A stretch of DNA of 64,000 nucleotides from Candidatus Omnitrophota bacterium (GTDB taxonomy: Bacteria > Omnitrophota > Omnitrophia > Omnitrophales > Aquincolibacteriaceae). Positions within the stretch are counted from its first letter, which is position 1. Each line of letters starts with the position of its first letter. Below, piece after piece: positions 8,778 to 17,434 of the stretch. Location: positions 85,301-149,300 of the forward strand of contig JAZDJU010000031.1 of the NCBI GenBank assembly GCA_043803685.1, written 5' to 3'. The translations under genes were made by a program, and so were the position numbers. The notes below the pieces were generated by a model that saw nothing but the letters and a program-made list of their open reading frames with translations, did not search any database and had not been told where the DNA came from.

Positions 8778-10250
8778 TTAGGAATTCGGGACTCCCTGAC
8801 CGCAAGGGTGCAAAAGCGTTTTGAACTTTTTCGGCTTTAAAAAATAATAGTTAACGGGATTGGAATAATCGTACGGCCGCACTTCGATCTGGCGATTGAT
8901 CATCCGGTAGGCCCGGCGCAGATCTTTTTCAGGAAGGTCCGTAAAGTTCAGTATCTTATCATCTTCCACGGAACGCTCCCGTGCCAGGAAATACAAGTGC
9001 GCGACCTCATCCTTGATAATGCCCCGCTTGAGGGCATCGTAATAAAGCGGTGTTCCCGGAAGCGCGGACATATATTTGACCCGCGTCACTTCTTTGAATT
9101 TCCCGCAAAAAGCGACCGTTCTTTTAAGGCTTGCGGCGGTCTCCCCCGGGCCGCCAAGGATAAAGAGCCCGCCAATCTTCAGTCCCGCCTGCCGCGTCAG
9201 CGTGATCGCCTTGATGATCTGGCTTTGGGACACCTTCTTCCTGAAATAATCCAGGATCTTATCGGTGATGGATTCAAACCCGTACATAACGATGTCGCAG
9301 CCGCATTCCCGCATATGACGCAAGATCTTTAGATCGATGCCGTCGACCCGTGTAAAACAGCTCCAGCGAAAGTCGATCCCCTTGAACGCTTCCTCCATTA
9401 ATGTGTGAACGCGGGTCCTGGAGTCAATAAAGGTCAGATCGCTCCACCAGACATAACGGTAGCCGTATTGCTTGAGATGTAGCAGCTCCGCCCGGACCCT
9501 CCCGGGCGACTTGTGACGAAGAAGAGGCATGGCCCTGAAACAGAACGTGCAACGGCCGGGACACCCGCGGCTGGAGGTCATGTAGATCTCTGGGACGATG
9601 CCTGTCTTTTGAACGAGCGGCCAGACTGAAAAGTCCTGGAATGGAACGGCATCGAGATCATGCATTTGGGGCCGCCGGGGATTGATCTGCGTCTTCCCTC
9701 CGGCATCCTTCCAGGCGAGGCCGAGGATATCCTTTGAACCCGGAGCGTTCTTTCTTTTCATCAGAAGATCGAACAATTCGATCGTGGTCAATTCCCCTTC
9801 GCCGATCACGGAATAATCCGCCAACGTTTGATCCATGATCAGGCGCGGCACGGATGTCACCAGAGGACCTCCCAGGATCACGGGCCTCTTGGGATCCTCT
9901 TCCTTGGCGATCTCGATCGCCCGTTTCAAAAAAGGGAAACTGTCTTCATAGGCTGCGGCCATCACGACATCAAAGGGCTTGAACGCCCCTTGCGCCAAAG
10001 CCTCTGGATCAGAATCCTCTCTCTGATCCAGAATCGCCACATCACAACCAAGACCTTTCAGTACCGCTGCAATAATGGACGGACCCTCGAAAGGGGCTTC
10101 GTGCACGAATTCCCATCCGTGAGGAACCACGAAACACGAAGGAGGGACAAGGATCGCTACCTTGATTCGATGTCGCCGTGCGGGAGCGGTCGCGTGGGCG
10201 ATCTTCCACAACCGGCCGTAAGTGGGAGAAGCGTCAGGACGATCGTTCAT
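8778..10250 (-). CDS. cobalamin-binding radical SAM enzyme
   Basis: GGPLVT, GEGE, SRGCPGRCTFC, YGFES; the ATG at 10250 overlaps the upstream stop (ATGA). Confidence 0.9.
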   Translation of the reverse strand: MNDRPDASPTYGRLWKIAHATAPARRHRIKVAILVPPSCFVVPHGWEFVHEAPFEGPSIIAAVLKGLGCDVAILDQREDSDPEALAQGAFKPFDVVMAAAYEDSFPFLKRAIEIAKEEDPKRPVILGGPLVTSVPRLIMDQTLADYSVIGEGELTTIELFDLLMKRKNAPGSKDILGLAWKDAGGKTQINPRRPQMHDLDAVPFQDFSVWPLVQKTGIVPEIYMTSSRGCPGRCTFCFRAMPLLRHKSPGRVRAELLHLKQYGYRYVWWSDLTFIDSRTRVHTLMEEAFKGIDFRWSCFTRVDGIDLKILRHMRECGCDIVMYGFESITDKILDYFRKKVSQSQIIKAITLTRQAGLKIGGLFILGGPGETAASLKRTVAFCGKFKEVTRVKYMSALPGTPLYYDALKRGIIKDEVAHLYFLARERSVEDDKILNFTDLPEKDLRRAYRMINRQIEVRPYDYSNPVNYYFLKPKKFKTLLHPCGQGVPNS

Positions 10251-10978
10251 AAGGATGCTCTGAGGACGACCCAGTGCCAATCCTCAAAAACCTCTCCGTG
10301 GGTCTCTTCGACATAGTGCCATTTCTTATAAGCCGCCGGCGCGCCCGCCACCGCGGCAATGACCTTCCTCCGGACCTCCAGCGATAATTCCGGCGCATGG
10401 TCCATCCACTTCGTGATGGACTCGCGGACCTTCAAGGTCTTCGTCTCCTGGACGCGGAACCCGGCCTCCGTTAATTCCCCGGCAAGCGCCTCGGCCGTAT
10501 AGAACTTCAAAAGAAGCGCCTGCTTCATCCGGTGGATCTCGGCAAGCCACGCCGCATCCTCATCGGAAAATGGGACCGTGAGGCTTACCACAAAGATCCC
10601 TCCGGGGGCCAGGACCCTGGCGATCTCGGCCAGAACTTCTTTCACATTCAAGAATTGGAACGCTTGGCGGCAGACGACCAATCCGAACGCTGCGCTTTCG
10701 AACGGCAGTTTTTCAGCCCTGCCTTCCGAGACGGAAAAATAGCCGGACGCAACCCGGACCATGTCGGCACAGATATCAAGTCCCCGGACGTCCCACCCCA
10801 CCGCCTTCATGGCGCGCCCGATCTGTCCCGTCCCGCAACACAGGTCCAACGCTTTGCCCGACGGTTTTCCGGCCAGGTCCACATGGGCTCGGATCAGCGC
10901 TGGATTCGAGATCCAGTTTGCGGAGATATCAAAATCCGAAGAACGGACCGAAAATTGATCTTTTAATTTTTTATCCAT
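10247..10978 (-). CDS. class I SAM-dependent methyltransferase
   Basis: ALDLCCGTG, GLDIC, AEKLPF; paralogous to 6542..7297 (shared VCRQ and RESI motifs). Confidence 0.9.
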   Translation of the reverse strand: MDKKLKDQFSVRSSDFDISANWISNPALIRAHVDLAGKPSGKALDLCCGTGQIGRAMKAVGWDVRGLDICADMVRVASGYFSVSEGRAEKLPFESAAFGLVVCRQAFQFLNVKEVLAEIARVLAPGGIFVVSLTVPFSDEDAAWLAEIHRMKQALLLKFYTAEALAGELTEAGFRVQETKTLKVRESITKWMDHAPELSLEVRRKVIAAVAGAPAAYKKWHYVEETHGEVFEDWHWVVLRASL

Positions 10979-10997
10979 ATTGAAATGCCTTTTGTGT

Positions 10998-11876
10998 TTA
11001 TCCTCTCGCCAGAACGCCCGTCATGCAAGCCAGCCCGCCTCCGGCATTCACGTACTGGGTGGTCGGCACTTCCGCCGCGACCTTGATGCCAAGTCGTTCG
11101 TAGGTCTTTTTTGTCCGTTCGCAACCTGCCGTCATCAGAATGACCTCGGGTTTCAGAACGACGAAATTCATGGCATGCTTGTTCCTTATTCCGGCATCGG
11201 CCGGAATCAAGGTCGTCTTTATCCCGCGATCCTTCAACAACTTGAGCGTTCCGGAACCCAAGGAACCTTTTTTCACGAAAGCCCTGCCTTTCGCCACGAA
11301 TTGGAGAGCGCCCAGAAGATGCAGCCCCCTGCACGGCGCCGGAACGGGAACGCATTCGACGTGATCTCGCTTTAACTCCTTCGCGACCTGGCAGAATCCT
11401 TCCTCATTCGTCCTTTTCCCAACGCCGACCAGGACGAGCCCCGGATGCACCCATAAAGCATCGGCGCCTTCAAAGGTCGCGGGACTCCGGAGGGTTTTCC
11501 GGATACGGATCCCCGCTGCGGCGATAGCTTGCTGGACATAACGGACCTCGCCGCGCCTCACTTGGGAGAACATGCTCGCCATGATGGCTCCACGCGGCGT
11601 CATAAAAAAAGCATCCCGGGTGAACATGAGATTGAAAAGATGACGGTTGTCGGAATTTTCCGCTTGAGCCGGATCCATGACGAACACTTTTATTTTCAAT
11701 TTCTTGTACATGGCAACGATGCTTTCGAATTCCGTTCTCATGACCAAATAACGGATCTTTTTCAAATAAAGGACTTTTCGGGGATCATGGGCATGCTCGA
11801 TCCAGGGATGCGGCGGGCATAACAATACCGCACGCAACGGCTTCCACTCAGCATCCACGGCGTAGTGCGTCATCAC
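10998..11876 (-). CDS. amidinotransferase / arginine deiminase / DDAH superfamily enzyme
   Basis: FTRD, FEGAD, LHL and C-terminal GGGLACMT (catalytic Cys). Confidence 0.85.
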   Translation of the reverse strand: MMTHYAVDAEWKPLRAVLLCPPHPWIEHAHDPRKVLYLKKIRYLVMRTEFESIVAMYKKLKIKVFVMDPAQAENSDNRHLFNLMFTRDAFFMTPRGAIMASMFSQVRRGEVRYVQQAIAAAGIRIRKTLRSPATFEGADALWVHPGLVLVGVGKRTNEEGFCQVAKELKRDHVECVPVPAPCRGLHLLGALQFVAKGRAFVKKGSLGSGTLKLLKDRGIKTTLIPADAGIRNKHAMNFVVLKPEVILMTAGCERTKKTYERLGIKVAAEVPTTQYVNAGGGLACMTGVLARG

Positions 11877-13282
11877 AACCAGTTTTCCATATCCTGGGGA
11901 TCATACCCAAGTTGGGCGCTCATCTCGTTCATGGGAGGAGTTTTCACAACAGATGTCAAGGCTTTACCCCGTTTTTTCCATCTAAAAAAACTGGGCGCTT
12001 CCGTCGCGTGCACCACACGCAGCAGATCCAGCTTCAACCCCTTCAGAAACTCCCGCTCCACACCCAGGAAATCCACGATCTTCTCCATCTCGCCCATACG
12101 AGTTCTCAGATCCTCAAGAATGTTCTCGCACTTCACCACGCAATAGGCTTTTTTCTTCGTATTCAAATAGGCTCTGATGGCTGTATGAGCAGAATGCCAT
12201 TGAAAGGCGCAGACCTCCTCCAGGGGGCGTTGCGAATAGTCCTGCCAGCCAGGAGGCAGTTCGAAATTCCACCACCACTTCCCCCACTCATACTTATCGG
12301 AATATCCCTGAATCCCGAGCTTTTCAAAGGCGTGCCCGTTCTTATTTTGGTCCAGGAAGATCTTCAAATTATGGGAAAAGAAACCTCGATGCATCCACCC
12401 ATCGCACAGACCGTTGACCGAAGCGGCCGGATTTCTCGTGAGATGGATGATCTTGATCGCGGCCTGGGGCATAAGCGACTCGATCAACGGCAGCCGGTAA
12501 CAATCCAGCGAAGTCTTTAAAAGCAACGTTTTGTCCGACAGATCGGCCCTACATGCCTTCCTCCTCGGCGATAGTAATATGAAAGGAGGCTCTTCAACCG
12601 CCAGGCAGGCATCCGGCGGCCCGGACGGGACCGGAAGACCCGGAAACTTCCCTGCGATCCTTTCCGCGGGGATATCGTAATAATATGGATCGATCTCGCT
12701 ATAGTCGCGCTTGAGGAGCCAAAGAAGTTCAAGATAAAAGGTCTCTTTGCAAAATTCCGGGTGAGACTTTCTCACGGTATCGAAGGCCTGTCGGATCCGA
12801 TCGCTGAGGATATCCAGAGAAAAACGGATCCCGGGCCATTGCAAAGGAAAACGCAATGTCAGATCATCCCAATACACCTCTGCGATTTTTTGATCCGTAA
12901 AGATATCCCCATGTAGCTCCGTGAAAGCAAAATCACTCAAGAGATCGCGGGATAACCCCGGAAGATAGGGGTCCGCCCCCATAAGCCCTTCCGGGACTTC
13001 GTCGGAACCGAACGTGTCATCCAACAATCTGTTCAGCTTGTAGAAGGGAACGTTCTCTCCGCTCAAGGAATAAAAAGACGGGATGTCTTTGAGGATCGAA
13101 AACAACAGGCTGGAGCCCGACCGGGAGGAGGAAGCAATGATGACAACGTTCTTCACATCCCGGAGCGAAGCGGTGAAACCGATCCTTCCGGGATCCTTGC
13201 GCTGGATTCCCTCCAGGACTGTCTCCCGGAAACGGATGATGTCTTGGATGCGCTCCCTGGCTTCGTTGACCCATGTCTTCAT
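11873..13282 (-). CDS. PAPS-dependent sulfotransferase with large insertion
   Basis: 5'-PSB loop SSSRSGSSLL; 3'-PB motif HLTRNPAASVNG. Confidence 0.8.
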   Translation of the reverse strand: MKTWVNEARERIQDIIRFRETVLEGIQRKDPGRIGFTASLRDVKNVVIIASSSRSGSSLLFSILKDIPSFYSLSGENVPFYKLNRLLDDTFGSDEVPEGLMGADPYLPGLSRDLLSDFAFTELHGDIFTDQKIAEVYWDDLTLRFPLQWPGIRFSLDILSDRIRQAFDTVRKSHPEFCKETFYLELLWLLKRDYSEIDPYYYDIPAERIAGKFPGLPVPSGPPDACLAVEEPPFILLSPRRKACRADLSDKTLLLKTSLDCYRLPLIESLMPQAAIKIIHLTRNPAASVNGLCDGWMHRGFFSHNLKIFLDQNKNGHAFEKLGIQGYSDKYEWGKWWWNFELPPGWQDYSQRPLEEVCAFQWHSAHTAIRAYLNTKKKAYCVVKCENILEDLRTRMGEMEKIVDFLGVEREFLKGLKLDLLRVVHATEAPSFFRWKKRGKALTSVVKTPPMNEMSAQLGYDPQDMENWL

Positions 13283-14295
13283 TTTAAAGCCCGTAGTTTG
13301 AGGGACTTCAGGAATACAAATTTTCTGAACCTTAGAAAATTATTTCTATCGGTAAAAAGATGCCGGACCTGCACGATCAGCATTAAAAACATCTCCTCGA
13401 TCAAATACACCCCCTTGAACCGCGTCTTCTTCGCACGCGCCTCTTCTGAAGAGCAAGGAGGGGTTGTCAGCGCATAAGAGAAACGGCTCAACTCCAGGCC
13501 CGCGATCGCCTCGAACAGTTCTATTTCGTCTTTTCTCAGTTCTTTTTTATATTTTTCGAAGTTATCTTTCAGGATCGGGCTGGACGTATTTTGCCACGCC
13601 GCGCTCAGACGGCCGCTTTTCCGGGCTTCTTCGGTATCAAAAAACCGGAGCATCCCTTCCTCAAAGGGCTCGCCCAGGAACGAACATATCGCCGCCACCG
13701 TTTCACGGGACTGGCGCAAAAGGTCCTCATACCGGACGAGAAGCATTGCGTCCTTTCGAAGCGTGTTGAGCCACCGAATGCCGAGCTGCTGCTCCTTCGC
13801 CCACAGCTGCGCCGTAAAATAAACGCTGTAGTGGCTGAAGATGCTTTTTTTCGCGGACGCTGCGACATCCCGGCCGTCACGCACCATATAAATAAATTTG
13901 GCTGAAGGATAATTACGCCGGATCAACTCGATGTGATGGATCATGAAGGTGCTCTTACAGGCCCATCGCTCCTTCCCAGCATGTTCAAGATACTGATCAT
14001 AGACAGCAAAATAAATGTGGATTAGATCTCTTTCGCGAGCATTAAGGAATATCTTCTCCTCATCAATCTCAAAGCCCCAGGGATAGGGATGAAGCCGGAC
14101 GCTCGTCGCCACATCCTTGATAAGCCGCTTGAAGTTAACATCCTTGGACAGATCGGAATAAAGCGGTTCCAACCTTGAGAAATTCTTCATGATATGCGGC
14201 GGATGAGGGACTGCGATGTGGGGATGTGAATTGAGGATGAGTCTGAGAAGATTCGTACCGGAGCGTTCTGTGCCTACAATGAAGATGGGATCCAT
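13279..14295 (-). CDS. PAPS-dependent sulfotransferase
   Basis: FIVGTERSGTNLL, MVRDGRDVAAS and VRYEDL motifs. Confidence 0.9.
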   Translation of the reverse strand: MDPIFIVGTERSGTNLLRLILNSHPHIAVPHPPHIMKNFSRLEPLYSDLSKDVNFKRLIKDVATSVRLHPYPWGFEIDEEKIFLNARERDLIHIYFAVYDQYLEHAGKERWACKSTFMIHHIELIRRNYPSAKFIYMVRDGRDVAASAKKSIFSHYSVYFTAQLWAKEQQLGIRWLNTLRKDAMLLVRYEDLLRQSRETVAAICSFLGEPFEEGMLRFFDTEEARKSGRLSAAWQNTSSPILKDNFEKYKKELRKDEIELFEAIAGLELSRFSYALTTPPCSSEEARAKKTRFKGVYLIEEMFLMLIVQVRHLFTDRNNFLRFRKFVFLKSLKLRALK

Positions 14296-14543
14296 TTTTC
14301 AAGAACGCCGGTGCGGCAAAACAACCTTCTCCAGTTAATGGTACCTCTGTTCAAGAAAAACGGTCACGTGCCGGAATCACTCCCTTTGAACCTCTTTCTC
14401 TCAAACGGCGGATCGTCAGACCTTTAGGAACGTAGTGCAAGTACGGTGTGATTATACCTCTGTCGGCATGAGCAAACCAGCCAAGTTTCTGAATAATCCA
14501 GAAATTTCGCACATCCCGTCCGACAAAACACGCCCATCGTCTA

Positions 14544-16553
14544 TCAGCGTTTTTTGCGGGAAGGACGCGATGTTTTCTTGGGAGCTGTTGTGCCCGCTCC
14601 TTCGATCCGGCGGATCTCGTCACGGTAGCGGGCGGCCTTGTCGAACTCAAGAGCCCGGGCACAGGCTTCCATCCGGGTCTTGAGAAAAGCGAGGTAGTTC
14701 TTGGCCTCATATTCCTTGCCGGATTCGTGGACCACATCGTGGACGAATTCTTCGGCTTTTTTCCATTGTTCGATCCCGTCCTTGATCTCCTTCTTGATCG
14801 ACACCGGCGTGATCTTGTGCTCCACGTTGTAATCCGCCTGAACCTTGCGACGGCGCGCGGTCTCTTCGATCGCGCGTTTCATGGAATCCGTGACCTTGTC
14901 CCCGTACATAATCACCTTGCCGTTGATGTGGCGCGCGGCACGACCCGCGATCTGAATGAGTGAAACGTCACTCCGGAGAAAGCCTTCCTTATCCGCGTCC
15001 AGCACGACCACGAGCGACACTTCCGGCAGGTCCAGCCCCTCGCGCAGAAGGTTCACGCCGATCACGCAATCGTATTTCTTGAGACGGAAATCGCGGAGGA
15101 TCTCGACCCTCTCGAACGCGTCGAACTCGGAGTGGATATAATTCACCTTGATCCCGAGCTCCTTTAAGTACCGGCTCAGGTCCTCCGCCATTTTCTTGGT
15201 GAGCGTCGTCACGATCGTCCGCTCCGATTTCGCCGCCCTCGCTCTCACCTCAGCGATCAGGTCGTCGATCTGTCCCTCGGATTTTCGCACCTCGATCTCG
15301 GGATCCATGAGTCCCGTCGGACGGATCACTTGCTCCGCGACTTCTTTCACGCGTCCCAGCTCGTAAGGCCCCGGCGTCGCGGAAACGTAAAGACACTTGC
15401 TCAATTTGGCCTCAAATTCCGGCCACTTGAGCGGCCGGTTGTCCATCGCCGAGGGCAGGCGAAACCCGTGGTCGACCAGGACTTTCTTGCGCGAGGCGTC
15501 CCCGTTGAACATCCCGCGGACCTGCGGCACGCTCTGATGCGATTCGTCGATAATGACGAGAAAATCCTTCGGAAAATAATCCATAAGCGTGTAAGGCGTA
15601 GAACCCGCGGTACGGCCGGAAAGATGTCTCGAATAATTTTCGACGCCGGAGCAATAGCCGACTTCCTTGAGCATCTCCAGATCATATTGCGTGCGCGACT
15701 CGAGACGTTTGGCCTCCAGGTCCCGGCCTTCGGCGGTGAGTCTCTTGACGTGTTCTTTCATTTCCGCTTCGATCGACACGATCGCAGCCTCGAGTCGTTC
15801 CCCCGGCGTCACGAAATGCTTGGCGGGATAGATCGCGAGCTTTTCGATCTCCCGGATCGCCGTCAACTTGATAGGTTCCAGGAGCGCGATCCGTTCGATC
15901 ACTTCTGTGCCAAAGTCGATCCGGTACGGGTTCTGTCCGTACGACGGAAACAGGTCGATCCTGCCGCCGCGCACGCGGAACGTCCCGCGACGGAGCTCCG
16001 TATCCACCCTTTCGTATTGAAGACTGATCAGACTCGACAGGAATTTGTCGCGGTCCGCGGCCTCCCCCTTCACGATCGTGACGAGAAGTCCCTCCCAGTC
16101 CTCCGGCGCGCCGAGGCCGTAGATACACGAGACGCTTGAGACGATGATGCAGTCCTTGCGCGAAAGAATGGAACTGGTCGCGGAAAGGCGCAGGCGGTCG
16201 AGGTCTTCATTGATCGACGCGTCCTTCTCGATATAGGTGTCCGTGTGCGGGATGTACGCCTCCGGCTGGTAATAATCATAATAGGAAACAAAATACTCAA
16301 CGGCGTTCCCGGGAAAGAATTCCTTGAGCTCGGAGTAAAGCTGCGCGGCGAGGGTCTTGTTGTGAGAAATGAGGAGCGTGGGAAGTCCGAGCCGGGCGAT
16401 CACGTGCGCCATGGTGAACGTCTTGCCGGAACCGATGACGCCTTTGAGGACCTGCTCCCGGGCTCCCGCCTCGAAGCCCTGAACAAGTTTTTCGATCGCC
16501 TGCGGCTGATCTCCCTTAGGACTCATCGATGAAACCAGCCTAAAATCTGACAT
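14544..16553 (-). CDS. uvrB: excinuclease ABC subunit B
   Basis: GDQPQAI, HNKTLAAQLY, YFVSYYDYYQPEAY, DESH, C-terminal UVR domain. Confidence 0.97.
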   Translation of the reverse strand: MSDFRLVSSMSPKGDQPQAIEKLVQGFEAGAREQVLKGVIGSGKTFTMAHVIARLGLPTLLISHNKTLAAQLYSELKEFFPGNAVEYFVSYYDYYQPEAYIPHTDTYIEKDASINEDLDRLRLSATSSILSRKDCIIVSSVSCIYGLGAPEDWEGLLVTIVKGEAADRDKFLSSLISLQYERVDTELRRGTFRVRGGRIDLFPSYGQNPYRIDFGTEVIERIALLEPIKLTAIREIEKLAIYPAKHFVTPGERLEAAIVSIEAEMKEHVKRLTAEGRDLEAKRLESRTQYDLEMLKEVGYCSGVENYSRHLSGRTAGSTPYTLMDYFPKDFLVIIDESHQSVPQVRGMFNGDASRKKVLVDHGFRLPSAMDNRPLKWPEFEAKLSKCLYVSATPGPYELGRVKEVAEQVIRPTGLMDPEIEVRKSEGQIDDLIAEVRARAAKSERTIVTTLTKKMAEDLSRYLKELGIKVNYIHSEFDAFERVEILRDFRLKKYDCVIGVNLLREGLDLPEVSLVVVLDADKEGFLRSDVSLIQIAGRAARHINGKVIMYGDKVTDSMKRAIEETARRRKVQADYNVEHKITPVSIKKEIKDGIEQWKKAEEFVHDVVHESGKEYEAKNYLAFLKTRMEACARALEFDKAARYRDEIRRIEGAGTTAPKKTSRPSRKKR

Positions 16554-16593
16554 GTCGGGACCTTTCCGCCAGCGACGTGCGTGTCCGGAACGC

Positions 16594-17427
16594 TTAATCG
16601 ATCAGGAGCGAGAAATCGACGGCCTTCACGGAATGGGTAAGCGAACCCACGGAGATGGTATCGACCCCGGCTGCGGCAAACCTGCGAACGTTCTCGATCG
16701 TAATACCGCCGGAGGCTTCCAGAAGAACGCCCGGGGCTTCCTTGCGCACGATCTCGACCGCGCGCTTGGCGGCTTTCGGCGAAAAATTATCAAGGAGAAT
16801 GACCCTGGGGCGAAGACCGATCGCCTCCCAGAGTTCGCCATGGCTCCGGACCTCGATCTCGAATTTGCCCGGATGCTGACGGAGTTTTTTCAGATCGCCG
16901 TGAATGCGGTGGTTCTCTTTGATGAAAATGAATTCGTCGAGACCCTGTCGGTGGTTCCGCCCCCCCCCCACCTGCACCGCCACCTTTTCCAACTCGCGCC
17001 AAAGGGGTGTTGTTTTTCGGGTGTCGAGAATAAGCGCGGGATAATTTTTGACGCGCTTCACGAACTGACGCGTCTTGGTCGCGATCCCCGAAAGATGACC
17101 AATGAAATTCACGAGCGTTCGCTCGGCCTTGAGGATCGAACGGATGTTCCCGTGCATCTTGAAAACGACCTTGCCGGGACGGAGCTTACCGCCGTTATGC
17201 ACGCGGAATTCCAGTTTCACCTTCGGGTCCACGAGATTGAAGATCTCCCGAACGAGCCGTTCGCCGCAGAAAATGCCGCGGGCCTTGGCGATCACGCGGG
17301 CGTCACCGCGAGCGTGAGACGGGATCAAAAGGTCGGAGGTCACGTCCCCGCGACCGATGTCCTCGTGAAGCGCTTCTTTGAGAAAACCGAGCGTGCGACG
17401 AGACACCGGCAACGGGTGTCCGGGCAA
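16594..17427 (-). CDS. nadC: nicotinate-nucleotide pyrophosphorylase
   Basis: EDIGRGDVT, DTRKTTP, IKENH, LLDN, EASGGI. The TTG start at 17427 is inferred. Confidence 0.92.
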   Translation of the reverse strand: MPGHPLPVSRRTLGFLKEALHEDIGRGDVTSDLLIPSHARGDARVIAKARGIFCGERLVREIFNLVDPKVKLEFRVHNGGKLRPGKVVFKMHGNIRSILKAERTLVNFIGHLSGIATKTRQFVKRVKNYPALILDTRKTTPLWRELEKVAVQVGGGRNHRQGLDEFIFIKENHRIHGDLKKLRQHPGKFEIEVRSHGELWEAIGLRPRVILLDNFSPKAAKRAVEIVRKEAPGVLLEASGGITIENVRRFAAAGVDTISVGSLTHSVKAVDFSLLID

Positions 17428-17434
17428 ACCGCCT

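Noticed and set aside
6542-14295. Saxitoxin or cylindrospermopsin cluster
   Set aside because: Only the enzyme classes are shared; there is no SxtA-like or PKS/NRPS gene.
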